Below are positions 13,688 to 25,950 of a stretch of 64,000 nt of DNA, in pieces. Position 1 is the first letter of the stretch. Every line of letters starts with the position of its first letter. This stretch comes from Octopus bimaculoides (lineage: Eukaryota). The notes beneath the pieces were generated by a model, which had not been told where the DNA came from, made no database searches, and was given only the letters and a program-made list of their open reading frames with translations. Position numbers and translations under genes: made by a program. Location: NCBI RefSeq assembly GCF_001194135.2, contig NC_068990.1:8249833-8313832 (forward strand), written 5' to 3'.

Positions 13688-14903
13688 AACTATGAATATA
13701 ATAACTTAGAATCTATTTCTAATTAATCTAATGAATTTGCATAAAGCTTTTAAATGTACATGGCATATGAATGATTAATTAATTCAGATCAAAATATCTG
13801 TTTAAAACGGGGACATCATACTTCGTTAAATCTATAAATTATTCATACATTATTAGGTTTAACAGTTGCAATTTATTGTTAAAAGCTATTTAAGTACTAA
13901 AGCTTTAAGTAGACAACCATAAATGCATCACTAAATAAAGGTATGCATTTAAATTTACGATAGTGAAAATTAAATAACTTTTGTGTAATATAATTTCATT
14001 TAGCATTGCTTGAGAATGACTTCAAAGCATAGCAATACTAATTTATGCAATCTAATAAAATTGTCTGCTAAAATAGGTATTCAGAAACTTAAATATGCTT
14101 TGAAGAACATCAGAATATGGGAATTGTGAATTAGTTTCTGTGATTTAAAACTTGAACTAATTATAATTAGACGGTTTTGAACTATTCTTGCCCTGCACTC
14201 GTTTGCATATTGCCTTTTCTGTTTAGTTTGTTTTCCATCATGCTCAAATGAGTAGAAAGAGTCCGGAAAACTCGGGCCGTCTTGAGTCACTGGATTTACC
14301 GTAAACTATCAATACAAATGCTGTTTATTGTACATCAACTTCTCATAACTGTATGACGATAGTTTAAACCTACTGGAAATAGCCGATGAAGTTATATCTC
14401 TGATCTGTTATTGTTGTTCTTCACCTCTTTTTTCCTTTTTCGTGGTAGGATTTCTGTTCTGTACGACAATTGTTATATTATTCCTTCCGATAACGGCACT
14501 CAATATCTATGATCTTCCAGGATCATTAAACTCTGTATGTCCGTGCCGACACCTTGCAGCCTCAAGTCTTTCCGTGTTGTCCGCGTTTTAATATTTTCAG
14601 TTTGTCGACCAAAAACGTAAACATAAACCAGAATTAGTCGCAATGACCAATGATCTTCATCACAACCATTGCATTTTGTTGTCATTACTAGATTATGCAC
14701 TTTCTCAGTCTGATAATTTGCCCGACCTCGGTTTTTAAAAATCCTTTATGTTCTATTCCAAAGTTGGAACAAATATCACTACAACGACCTTTTAAGTGGG
14801 ATGAACCACTCAACCTGAAAACCATTCTAACTGGGCTCCAGCTTCAAGGCCATGCTTTGTTTCTTTTTTTATATGTTATTACCATCCATGTCTCGCACAA
14901 ATA

Positions 14904-15038
14904 GCCGTGATGCATGTGCTTGATGTACTCTTATCAGACGGGTAGTCATGATGTGTATACTGAGCTTTGAGTATCTAACTCCAGTCTCACTTTGATGGCA
15001 TGCCCTGCTCTTTCACCCAGTGGAAAATATTATAATTT

Positions 15039-15069
<31 letters not shown>

Positions 15070-15089
15070 TAATAATAATAATGATGATG

Positions 15090-15161
<72 letters not shown>

Positions 15162-15165
15162 TCAT
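14904..15165 (+). mobile_element. Probable 3' end of a retroposon with a long (AAT)n tail
   Basis: ~120-bp unique segment (GCCGTGATGCATGTG...CACTTTGATGGCATGCCCTGCTC) followed by ~125 bp of (AAT)n. I recall it as an octopus interspersed repeat; not verifiable here. Confidence 0.55.
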
Positions 15166-16851
15166 TAATTAATAAAGAATACACACAAAGAAACGCAGTT
15201 TAGAGGGCAAATATATCTCATGCATTGAGAAAAAACAACAGACGAAATAAGACATTTTCTTTTTCTTTTGTTTTAGCAACCGGGAAGGTTTGAGAGAAGG
15301 ATGAGTTAGAAGAAATCACTAACGTTGACACGAATGTTTTATGCCTTCTTTTGAGTGTTGAATAACCTTGAAAATCAACGAGTAATCACTTGAAGCTATA
15401 ACAACAGAATTAGAGAAGACGCTACATATAAATACGAGATGGCACGAAATTCTGACTAAAATATTTCCCAGGGACAGAAAAAAAGGCAGATATAATAAAA
15501 GAAAAATTAAACTGGAGAAAAAAAAACCAAATATGCCAGAGAACAGAAAAATTGATGTAAGGGGTTGTATCTCTCTAAAGACCAATTTCTGGTCCCAGAA
15601 GACATAATCGAAGAGTGTTGTATGAGAAAAGGGAGTTTAGCATGACATGAAATGTCTAGTAGAAAGATTTTCACCACAGTATTCTCTCACACGTTTATTG
15701 TGATACGTTAGCTGTTACTAAAATGACAGCTTTATAAGATGCATTGAACCTGTCAAGATTAAATAGATAAGCTAAGGACTTGTAAATGGTAAACCGTTCT
15801 CTATGAAAAAAGAATTATGTCATGGGATTTTGTGTATCACGACATATATGTCTGACACAAACCCTATGAAATCAATTTGTTAAACTGCCCTAGGATTGGA
15901 TAAATCAACCACCTCCTCTATATCTATTAAACGTAACAGATAACTAGAAACACTCTTTCAGAGATGGATTTATTAGAGAAGTTAATATGCGATTCGGATA
16001 AAAAAATGTGCAAATGTAAATTCGAATACAGAAATGTTAAGAACGCTAACATAGTACTAATTAAAACACAAGAGAATTCGACCAAACGCAAAAATACAGC
16101 CACTAAAGTATCAATGAATTTAACAGAGCACAACATGCAGAAAGCACGGAAAGGAGTTAGCAAGAAATATTATATACGCATTAGATAATTAAAAGACCTA
16201 AAGGCAACAATAACGTAATCTACATAATTACATAATCTGTACAAGTAATAAGTTGTAGCTATAAAATTCTGAATTGAATGCTAAATGAACTAGGTAGCCA
16301 GACTAGACTGAATAAGAAATATAATTACTTCATTTAGAATACACTGCACAAAACGTGACACAGGAAGATTATATTTACCATGTATATAGGTGTAAGAGTG
16401 TAATGCAACTTGGGAGCATATTCAATACAGGGATACAAAATTATATACTATTGTTATTCCATAATAAATGCAACATTTGTAACTGGAGTAAAAATTGCAT
16501 ACGCTGCTTAAAACCTGGAGCTTCCATGAAATATGTATACTGTAAATGATTCGAAAACATGTAGACAAACAAATAACAAAAGGTAAAGCATATAAATATA
16601 GACAGTATGCTGAAAATAACGCTACATGGCACCGCAGGTATATTGCATAGAGAAAGTTTATACCAAAAAAATAACAAGACCCCATAAAACATAGGCAAAT
16701 CGGAGAAATGATTTGGTAAGTAGATCAGTGAAATAACACAACATAAGTAAATCATTGAAAAGTTTGTTCTATTATATGTACAAATCCTAAAAATTAGGGT
16801 AGGGTTTTTACAGGTTTACATCAACTGCTGTAATTGATTAACATCATATCT

Positions 16852-16925
<74 letters not shown>

Positions 16926-16932
16926 TAATAAT

Positions 16933-17760
16933 ATTTTGGAAGATTGTCATAAAACACACAAGCACTTATCTATAGCCTGGATAGAGTGTAAAGAGGTTTT
17001 TGATAGTCTATCACATAGCTGGATTGAAAAATGTTTGGAAATTTATAAAATAACTCCTACTCTGCGAAACTTCTCATCTGTAAGTATGAGATCATGGATA
17101 ACCTCGATGACTTTGAATAGTGACACGGAAACTTTCAATGCTGGAGGTGTAAAAATTTCATGTGGTATTTTCGAAAGTGACTCTCTATTACCACTCCTCT
17201 CATCTTTAACTTTAATATCTGAAATTGCTCGATGATGTACAATATGGCTATATATATTCTTGATAAAAATATAAATCATCTCTTTCACATGGATGATTGC
17301 AAAATGTGGAATCTCGAGACTAAGACAATATCTGTGGTGCCCTAGGAATGATAGCAAAAGGGGTTCATTGATACCTATCTCAGATAACAGGAAATACAAA
17401 AATGGAAGCAATCCAAAAGATATTGCTCATAGAAACTGCTCATATCTTATGTAAAATATTGTCTATGTAATCCCCAAAACATTTTAATCTGTCAAAATAC
17501 TTTTAAATGTACATAATAGTAAACACGTTTTACACTCATCTTAACATCACACTATCATCATATAATCAAATTACTTTTAAAACAAACTTCTAATTCACTT
17601 GTTTTGACAAACATTCTCTATAACAATACTCTGTGCACAACCGAAAGTATAGAACCTTAGTCATAACACCAACTTGAACTTCTAACTCGTTGTCTCTGGT
17701 GGTCACTGGATAAGACTTGGAGTCAACTTGCACAAATACAAAGCAAAAGCCAAACATATA
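16933..17760 (+). mobile_element. R4/Dong-like RLE non-LTR retrotransposon, 5'-truncated and internally deleted, between (AAT)n tracts
   Basis: RT motifs AWIECKEVFDSLSHSWI, GIFESDSLLPLL (cf. GIFQGDSLSPLL) and INHLFHMDD (YMDD), joined directly to the C-terminus KMWNLETKTI...IQKILLIETAHILCKILSM*. Simple repeats at 16852-16932 and 17761-17824. Confidence 0.85.
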
Positions 17761-20700
17761 ACAACGACAATAATAATAATAACAACAACAACAGCAACAA
17801 CAACAATAATAATAATGATAATAAATGCCCTGATTCAGTATCAGACAGTGGCTCTCATGGCTTGTTATCTTAACCGATTGGTAGTATTAACATGTACATT
17901 GTTTTGTCTTGGTTTTAAAGATATTTAAGTAATGAATAGTATAAGGGGTCTTCTAATGAATGGGCGATGATAAGCACTTACATATATGGATATAGTGTTT
18001 TATATGAATATATCTGAGACATATATCAAATTAACACGTAATTATCCGAACGAGAAAAGTAATAGACGAAGTAAATAGTGGAAAAATAAACAAACGATAA
18101 ACAAACACTACCGGACTGTATCGGAGGAAGGTAGCCGGTTAGTATATTATTATATTAAAATTCAGAGATAAAGTACGCAATAAAATCGGATTTAGGAAGT
18201 CTGATTTCGTTATGTGTAAATCTAAGTTATAATTTCAAGCTTACGAGTAAATATCCGAAATAGAAGAGCAAAGGTGAAAATGGCTGAGTTAAAATATTTA
18301 AAGACTTATAGACTAAAATTGAAGTGGGGAAACTCTGTATTCTAAGGTGTAGGTACAGGAGGTGGCCAAACTCTGCATAAGGATTTTACAACCTCCATTT
18401 ATGTATGTATATATATATATATATAGTCAAACACGTATAGGAATAAACAAACGAACGGAAAAAAACACAGAAGGTGGAGTTGAAAAGCATATACTAAATG
18501 CACAGATGAACGGGAAAAAAACACAGAATATCACCAACTCCTCATCAGTTAACGTCCAGGGGTTCGGGCGCAATTGTGAGACACACACACAAACACACAC
18601 ATATATATATACATAGAAGGTTCCGAATCATAGTTGACTGTGGAATATGTGCACTGAATATTATGAACGCATGTAACCAAAAATGGAATTAAAAATATAA
18701 AGGGTTCTTGTACTTACGTTTATTGGCTGAAAGCTCTCGCCTATTGTTGCCGTTTGTATTAACATTAGAATGCATCAAGTGCTTATAGTAGCTATCTCAA
18801 TTAACCTGGAAAATAGAATAAAGATACGTGATTAGTTCGATCAAATATTTTCAAAGTTGATTAAAGTATATCTTCAACCATGCACAGGCCTTCTCGCACA
18901 GACAGAAAACATACACGAGCATATTAAATGAGCTAATGAACAATGAACATTGACATTTAGGTTCATAAAATTTTCGTGAGGGCGAATGAACTTTTGCTGC
19001 AATATTTGGGTGGACCACAACTAATACTTTATTTATATTTCTCAATAGAAATCCAATTGCAAAGACGGTTTGCCCCGTGCTGGAAATCACAGTAGCTATC
19101 TTCTGTTGACCTTTAGTGCTCCAAAGTCAATTTTAACCATCAAGATTTCTATTCAGTATAACAGCATAAAGCGATTCTATTATCAGATTATCGTTGTACA
19201 TGACCCTTATTCAGTGTTCCTAATATGCATTTGGCTTCAACAATAAAATTCGACAAGTTTAGTATCTCTCATGATTGTTTAGCTACATGCAGTAGTCAGA
19301 TAAGATAATTGATGTAAATTGGATTCAACTTTATTATCCGGAATGGTTTATTGATTTGAAAACAGTTTCAGTGCACGGAAACTTACAGGACTGTATGAAT
19401 AGAATTTCTATGACTGATACCTAATATATATTTCTAAGTGCATTCTGTTGTTCTTCTGCCGGCTGATTCCAATATTACAAAACGTACAACAGCATCATAT
19501 GTTTATTTTATTATACACGATCTCATATTTAACGTTTTTGTACAACATATGTATATTTTAACTAAATTTTAAAACATTTGTATGAAGGTAATGCTCACGA
19601 ATATTTTAGAATTCATTGCTTCAAGAGAGAATATTCATTGGAATCATCCTCGTTGAAATTAGGAAATTTTCTATACTTTGGTAAATATCTCTACAAATAA
19701 TCCGCTTGAAATACAAACGTGTCACTCCACTACCATCAATTTCTATCAGCATGTTGACGAACATATATTACATGCAATATCATCAAATAACGTATGTTAT
19801 CAAAGGAGATATTGGATGATTATTTGAGATTAACGTACAACATCTTAAAAATTGCATTGCTCTGCAATAAATTCTGGGCGATAAACGAATTTACGGATCA
19901 ATTTTGATTTTCAAGGTGAGTTAATTAGTAATTGTTATTATAGAAGGCATGCGTGTAGATGACTAACAGTTGCTAAAAGTCATTAAATACTTGGAGTAAT
20001 TTAGTAAAATTACACTTATCCACCAGCATAGAAGTCTACTATTATTTCGAAACAAATTACTTTTTCGCATTATCCACAGCTAATTTCAATGACCATAAAA
20101 TAATTTTGCTTGAACTTACTTTGTTATCATTTACAAATAATAAGTTAAGGAGGCTATCACCATGTAGGTAAAAATTTTAACGACCTTAAAAATTCGGCCC
20201 TCAGTACTTTTGCAAATGTATTTTCCGAGAACACATATCTAGTTATGTCAGCATCCAGAAAAATTATCCAATAACTACCGCGGAAATTATTCCAGCTCTT
20301 TAAGACCGACTACCAAAACTTCTACACTAGACACGTCAATTCCCGATCTCTACTATAACCACGAATATCATGCTTTAAATGAACGGTATGCAGTATATAC
20401 TAGAAGGAAGCAGCTAATACTGTAAGTCAAAACGGAATCATCAAAGACTTTACTTTGTTAGAAATTTGAGAAGAGATTAATGATTCCTTTTAATTAGTTG
20501 AAATAAGCTGTTCAGCAGTGCTAATTAAATTCTTCATATATCTGTGACAGCTGAATAAAATTTGACAGGAGATATCTGTCAACGGTTCATACAAATATTA
20601 TTAATGCTGATGACAGTCCAAGTTGAATTACAGAAATAATAGCAAAAAGCAAATTAGGAACAATAATATTAATAATAATAATAGTAATGATGATGATGAT

Positions 20701-20867
20701 GAGGATGATGATGATGATGATGATGATGACGATGATGATGACGACTACGATGATAATGATGAAACGAAAGTATGAGCAACATCTTGAATGAGTGCAGTGA
20801 GCTATCACAAAAGAATATAAACTTAGATACGTCTGTGGAGACAAAAAAACGACAACAACAACAAAAA

Positions 20868-21240
20868 GATGCATCAGGATATTAGGCGAGTGTGTGTCTT
20901 CGAAAAAAGAGGAACGTTACGTGAGTATGAACAAATCAGAAGCTGTGACAGAATATGAGAATTACAGGTTATTATGGACGTCCCAATAAAACTTGACAAA
21001 CTATTGAAGCAAGAGGACCAGATGTGATTATAGATAATAAAATAAATAGCAAAATCGTACACTTTGCATTTCCCTATGATAACAGAGTCGATTCCAAAGA
21101 AGTGAATAAACGAGAACTATCAGACTGTAGCCAAAGAAATGAAGAGACTGTTAAAGACTGAGATACCAAGGACTCCTCTGCTAAATGGTGCATTTGGCAC
21201 AACACTCGAAATGCTACATAAAGACTTAAAGACAACTTAA
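20868..21240 (+). mobile_element. RLE endonuclease-domain fragment of an R4-like non-LTR element
   Basis: Frameshifted translation EAVTEYENYRLLW...IEARGPDVII...DFAFPYDNRVDSKEV...GAFGTT carries the (R)PD..D..P restriction-like endonuclease signature. Flanked by (AAC)n and (AAT)n(AAG)n. Confidence 0.75.
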
Positions 21241-21262
21241 TAAATAATAATAATAATAATAA

Positions 21263-21293
<31 letters not shown>

Positions 21294-21355
21294 AAGAAGA
21301 AGAAGAAGAAGAAGAACAACAACAACAACAGCAACAACAACATCAACTTCAAGAA
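21241..21355. repeat. Compound (AAT)n(AAG)n(AAC)n trinucleotide microsatellite
   Basis: Direct inspection. Confidence 0.95.
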
Positions 21356-22479
21356 GAAAAATAGCGCGATGTGATTTGTAATAAAGATTGATTCTGTTTA
21401 TTGAACGGATTGAACGATATTTCGACATATTATGTGTCTTCCTCCATGTCAAAATGTAAAATTAGAAAAATAAATGCCAAAATAAAAGAAAGAAACACAG
21501 AAACACGGACATTGAAAATATGTACGAGGAAATCTTGCATCAGCTTTCACTTTTTCAGAACTGGTAACAAAGAAAGAGAAAAAAGAAGACAAGAAAGAGA
21601 ATACTTTGTCAGATTTGTGTGAATGCGATGAAATTCACGTCATTTTTGTCATTCCTTCAGGGCGTGTCTTAAGCAATTCACAACTATATTTCTCCTCATG
21701 CATTTGGAGGACTGAACGTGTAGTAGAGTCAGGATATTTTCTGGAACTTAAGGTGTTCCTAAGAAGTATAGCCGTTCGATATGAAATGTTCAGCAAGTTT
21801 CGTTGAACTAATGCTATTGCCAAACATTATACATCAAACGCCTGTAGAGTATGGGTCATGTGCTAACTGTCCAAATATGAATTTTATCTGTGTTACTGCA
21901 CTACGCATCCATCACTTAAACCCACCGAATGACTTCTGTGCGCTCGTGTTTCAGCAAAGTCTCCTTTGTTCCGATAACACATTTTTGTTTTTCCGGCCGA
22001 TGAAATGTTTGAGAGGCTATTCGAATTGTTCTCTTTAGTTTGAATTCACTATAAGCTGACAATGGATACTAATTTTGACGCGGAAACGTTTCTGCACCGG
22101 GAAGACAGGAAAACTATGCTAATAAGCTACCATATAACCATCTGTTGTATATAGGAGAAGTGAAATTATGTACAAAATTCGAAACATATCGAATTTCTTT
22201 GTTGCAGATATTTCATATGAAACATTGTGTCGAAAAGATAGGTAGGTCTAAATGCTTCCCCATAAATAATGATGAATGGTTTAAACAAAATATCTCAATA
22301 GACACATCACTAGCAAAGGGGAACATAGGCAATAAAGAATTGAGCAAGAGACTAGTTTCTCCGGAGAAAAGAGAAAACCTATTTGGGAGTTACACCTTGA
22401 TCAACCTCAGCAAAAATAATTTCAGTTATAAAGAGAAATGTCTAGGATTCAGTTTTCTCGGAAGAATAAAGAGAGGAAA

Positions 22480-22620
22480 AAAGTTATCGGTAATATCGGC
22501 AGAAGTTCAAAATCTGAATTTATCCGCGACTAAGGGGAAATGATATCATGGTTCAAGTAAGAAGTGTGGTCTTTGTGAAAGTGCTGTAGAGGATTATAAC
22601 ACGTATAAGCGGCGTCTTAT
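22480..22620 (+). mobile_element. Possible highly decayed RLE-LINE zinc-knuckle remnant
   Basis: ISAEVQNLNL...KKCGLCESAVED resembles the AAQDQ...CRLC...E.I.HI.SGC region of R4-type ORFs. Weak. Confidence 0.35.
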
Positions 22621-22712
22621 CGTAAAAGATATAAGACGAAACAAATCTGATTTCTACCTTAGTTAGATTTGTGTTACCAGTTGTGAGATAAGTGCTGCAT
22701 ATTTTTTCTTCA

Positions 22713-23194
22713 AAATACTGATAGGGCACAGAAACTGTGTCAATAGCCAGCTAGAGATGTCTTCATGGGGCTACAAGCTACAGTAGCATCAACCCTTACG
22801 GGTTAGCCACATTTAGGTGGCAAATATACTTCATGATGTCGTGCAGCTACTGTTCATACCTCGCTCTGAGATTTATTATTGCTTGTTTCCACTTCTTCGA
22901 GATCAGTGAAATTTCGTCACTAGAAAACGGATATATGTATTTGCATTGGTAACGACTTCCTATCGCCAAGCGGTAGTTGTCACACACTGAGGATGGGTCA
23001 ATATCCAGAAACCCTGGTCCGTGTGTATCACGTCAGGCTGGAGATGGGAATGATGACTTCCCTATGCAAATACTGACAGGGCACAGAAAGTGTGTCAATA
23101 GCCAGTTGGAGGTGATGTCTTTTGTGGGCTACAAGCTACAGTAGTATCAACCCTTAAGGGATAACCACATTTAGGCGGCAAATATACTTCACGA
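22713..23194 (+). repeat. Pair of ~125-bp direct repeats (22713-22836 and 23068-23194; period 355 bp)
   Basis: AAATACTGATAGGGCACAGAAACTGTGTCAATAGCCAG...GGCAAATATACTTCATGA versus AAATACTGACAGGGCACAGAAAGTGTGTCAATAGCCAG...GGCAAATATACTTCACGA; roughly 85% identical by eye. Confidence 0.95.
22981..23025 (+). ncRNA. Candidate minimal type I hammerhead ribozyme
   Basis: CACACA-CTGAGGA-TGGGT(CAAT)ATCCA-GAAA-CC(CT)GGTC-CGTGTG. Core CUGAnGA and GAAA are intact, with a 5-bp stem II, very short stem III, GUC cleavage triplet (23017-23019) and 5-bp stem I. Deviations: A.C mismatch at 1.1/2.1, and U-A instead of R-Y closing stem II. Confidence 0.5.
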
Positions 23195-24279
23195 ATACTT
23201 TAAAATTCTTTTTGCGTTTATTTACACAGGCGCTAAATCTCGTAAAAAATAGACTGACTTTAAAAATTCTTGATATAACTAGTCACGGTTAATAGATAGT
23301 TCAAATTATAACTTAATTATTGGTAAACTGAGACCCCGTCCTCCAACTGGTTGTCATTAGTTAATGCTGAACGAATATTTCTTCTAAGAAGAGCTCTTTG
23401 AAACGTGATCGTTCAGAGGTAACTACAGCAATAATGACAATGAAGCTCATGAAAATACCATTGCATTTTCAAAACGATTAAACAGAAAAAAAGCAACACA
23501 TTAATGGAAGAAAACCAAATATATGACAAGATGAAATTAAAAAAGCAAAATAAAAAGAAATGAATGAGCATTATAAGCGAAGCAGAGAAGTTATTAAAGT
23601 CAGTAACAATGACATTAATACAAGACACTTTATTCAATTTGAGATTATGAAAATTAATGAAATGCTAAATATAAAATGAAGAAATATTGAAGAAATTGAG
23701 TACAGGTGAAAATTAAACAAACAGAAGCGAAGACATGAGTGATAAATAATACAAATGGCAATAGGGCGCTGTAGAAACTAATATAAACAGCACAGTTACC
23801 TGCCATTGTCACAATACTGAACCGGAGAGCTACTTTCAACTAGTTAGCCTTTAGCTAGTGTCGAATATTACAATATCATTTTCAAACACGTAATAACCTG
23901 CATCAGTATCTTACTATTATTATTATTGTCATGTCCTTACCTTTTGTTACTTGAGAGCATACGTATGAATAGAAACGTAACCAGGAACGTTTTAACTATC
24001 CATATTTTTTCTGAAGGATAATTGACAAGGTGAAATGTTGCGAATTTTGTCGGAGATACTTTATATAGTTGCTTATTTAATAAAATCTTTTGTTGAAAAT
24101 CAGAAACAAATCAACAGTGTACTTTTGAATGAAGAACGTAAACAAAAGAAATTGCTGTATAACAACCGAGTTAAATCGTCAACTATTTAGAGATCACTGA
24201 ATAAGATTTTGCCAGACAATGTTTATACGTACATATATCCGTATCTACAAAATGTCATTTAATATTTGCATCAAATTTT

Positions 24280-24480
24280 TTGCACAAGGCCAGCAATTTC
24301 GAGGGAGAAGATTAGTCGATTACATAGACACCTGCGTTCAACGGGTACCTATTTTATGGACCTCGAAAGTATAAAATTGAAAGACGATCTCGGCGGAATT
24401 TGAACCCAGAACGTTAAGACGAATCTAAATGCCACTAAGCGTTTTTCCGGCGTGCTAATGATACTGCCAGCTCGTAGCCT
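24280..24480 (-). mobile_element. tRNA-derived SINE, copy 1 of a cluster of three
   Basis: Reverse complement GAGCTGGCAGTATCATTAGCACGCCGG...GGGTTCAAATTCCGCCGAGATCG with A/B-box-like motifs. Confidence 0.85.
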
Positions 24481-24496
24481 TATACTGTCTTCCCCT

Positions 24497-24700
24497 AATA
24501 TAATCGTTAGCACGCCGGATAAAACGCTCGGTGGCATTTCGTCCATCTTTACACTTTGGATTCAAATTCCGTGGAAGTCAGCTTTGCTTTCATCCTTCTG
24601 GCGTCGATAAAATGCGTACGATTTGATGACTTCAGGCGATGTACTCAACTTGCGCTTCCCCGAATTAGGTAGCCTTGTGCCATAATTTAAAACCAATATT
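24497..24700 (+). mobile_element. tRNA-derived SINE, copy 2
   Basis: ATCGTTAGCACGCCGGATAAAACGC...GATTCAAATTCCG...CTTTCATCCTTCTGGCGTCGATAAAAT. Confidence 0.85.
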
Positions 24701-24707
24701 ACTAAAT

Positions 24708-24935
24708 TAAGAAAAGCGGCGATCTGACAAAATTATTAGCACGCAGGGACCAATGCTTAGCGGCATTTCGTCCCTGTTTACTTTTTGAGTTTAAATTCTG
24801 CCGAGACAGGCCTTGCATTATATCATGCCGGAGTCGATAAAATAAGTGCCAGCTAAAAAATGGATTCGATATAATCGACTTACCCCTTCCCAAAATTGCT
24901 GGACTCGTTCTGGCTTTGAAATCAATATTTCTAAA
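24708..24935 (+). mobile_element. tRNA-derived SINE, copy 3 (tandem to copy 2)
   Basis: GCGGCGATCTGACAAAATTATTAGCACGC...GAGTTTAAATTCTGCCGAG...GGAGTCGATAAAATAAGTGCCAG. Confidence 0.85.
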
Positions 24936-25950
24936 TTAACATAAACATTTGTAACTTCCTGAATCTCTTCTGTCTTTTGCAAATACAATTATAGTTCGAA
25001 AGCCATATCCATTCTTGATTGAAAACCATTTTAGTTATAAAGAATATAATTTTTGGAATTTTGAAAAGAAAGAGAGGAAGGGTGTGAATTAATACAGGAC
25101 AGTTTTAAACGGGAAAGGAGAAAATCGTAAAGTGACTGGTACAGGAAGTGAAGATCGGGTGCGAAGTAAGAGAAATGGAAATTGATCCGTGGGAGTGTTT
25201 GTGTAAGAGGCAACAATGCGGTAGTTTTGCTGCCAGATTGAAATCAGTGGTGACAGCTTCTATGACTGAATAGGAGAGGCCACATGTAAAGAATTGATGT
25301 TCAAATTTGTGTTTCTAAATGTGGCTATGGATAATGGACATAGCATATGTGAAATGAGAAGATCTATAATTGAAACTCAAATGAGTGACGGCAGAGAGAA
25401 TATAACTTCTGAAATCTGAAAGCAACTGACAAATATGGTCATGACAACAGAGATGAATTCTGGGGGAATAAGACCGCTGTTACTGAAGGATATAAAGTAA
25501 GATCAATTCTGGGGAAAGAATTAGCACCAACGTGCTTAGCGATCTAAGTGTTTATATTGTAGGATTGACCAAGAGAGTTGTCTAAATGTTTGATCTTTAG
25601 ATGGTTGAACAATAGATTATAATAATTTCAACTAATGTTAGTGTTTATAGCTTTCACCGATAATTGTAGACGAAGCCTTTGGGATGGAGAAGGTTTAATT
25701 ATTATGTAATCGCAGTCTATAATCTGTAACAATTTTCACTTTAATAAACGATTGTTTCAAATTCGTCATTAGGCGCCATTAGCAGCATAGAGCAGATTAT
25801 ATCATTGTTGAGAATCAGAAAGATATATTATATTAATTCTACCCAACACAGCCTATTAGTCTCTTGCTTCCTCTCTCTTACATACATAATACGTATATAC
25901 ATACAAACACACACATACATACATACAAACATACATACATACATGCATAC

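Noticed and set aside
21640-22040. Minus-strand phrases (IWTVS, YSTGV, FHIERLY) reminiscent of an R4-type RT thumb
   Set aside because: Scattered over several frames; too decayed to call without a profile search.
22056-22092. CTGACAA...GGAAACG second hammerhead-like motif
   Set aside because: Core mutated (CUGACAA) and no stem II.
22765-22800. GGGCTACAAGCTACAGTAG in both direct repeats, resembling a twister ribozyme L4 (NNNC-AA-GC) loop
   Set aside because: P4 pairs poorly, and P2, the GA element and the UAA cleavage loop cannot be placed.
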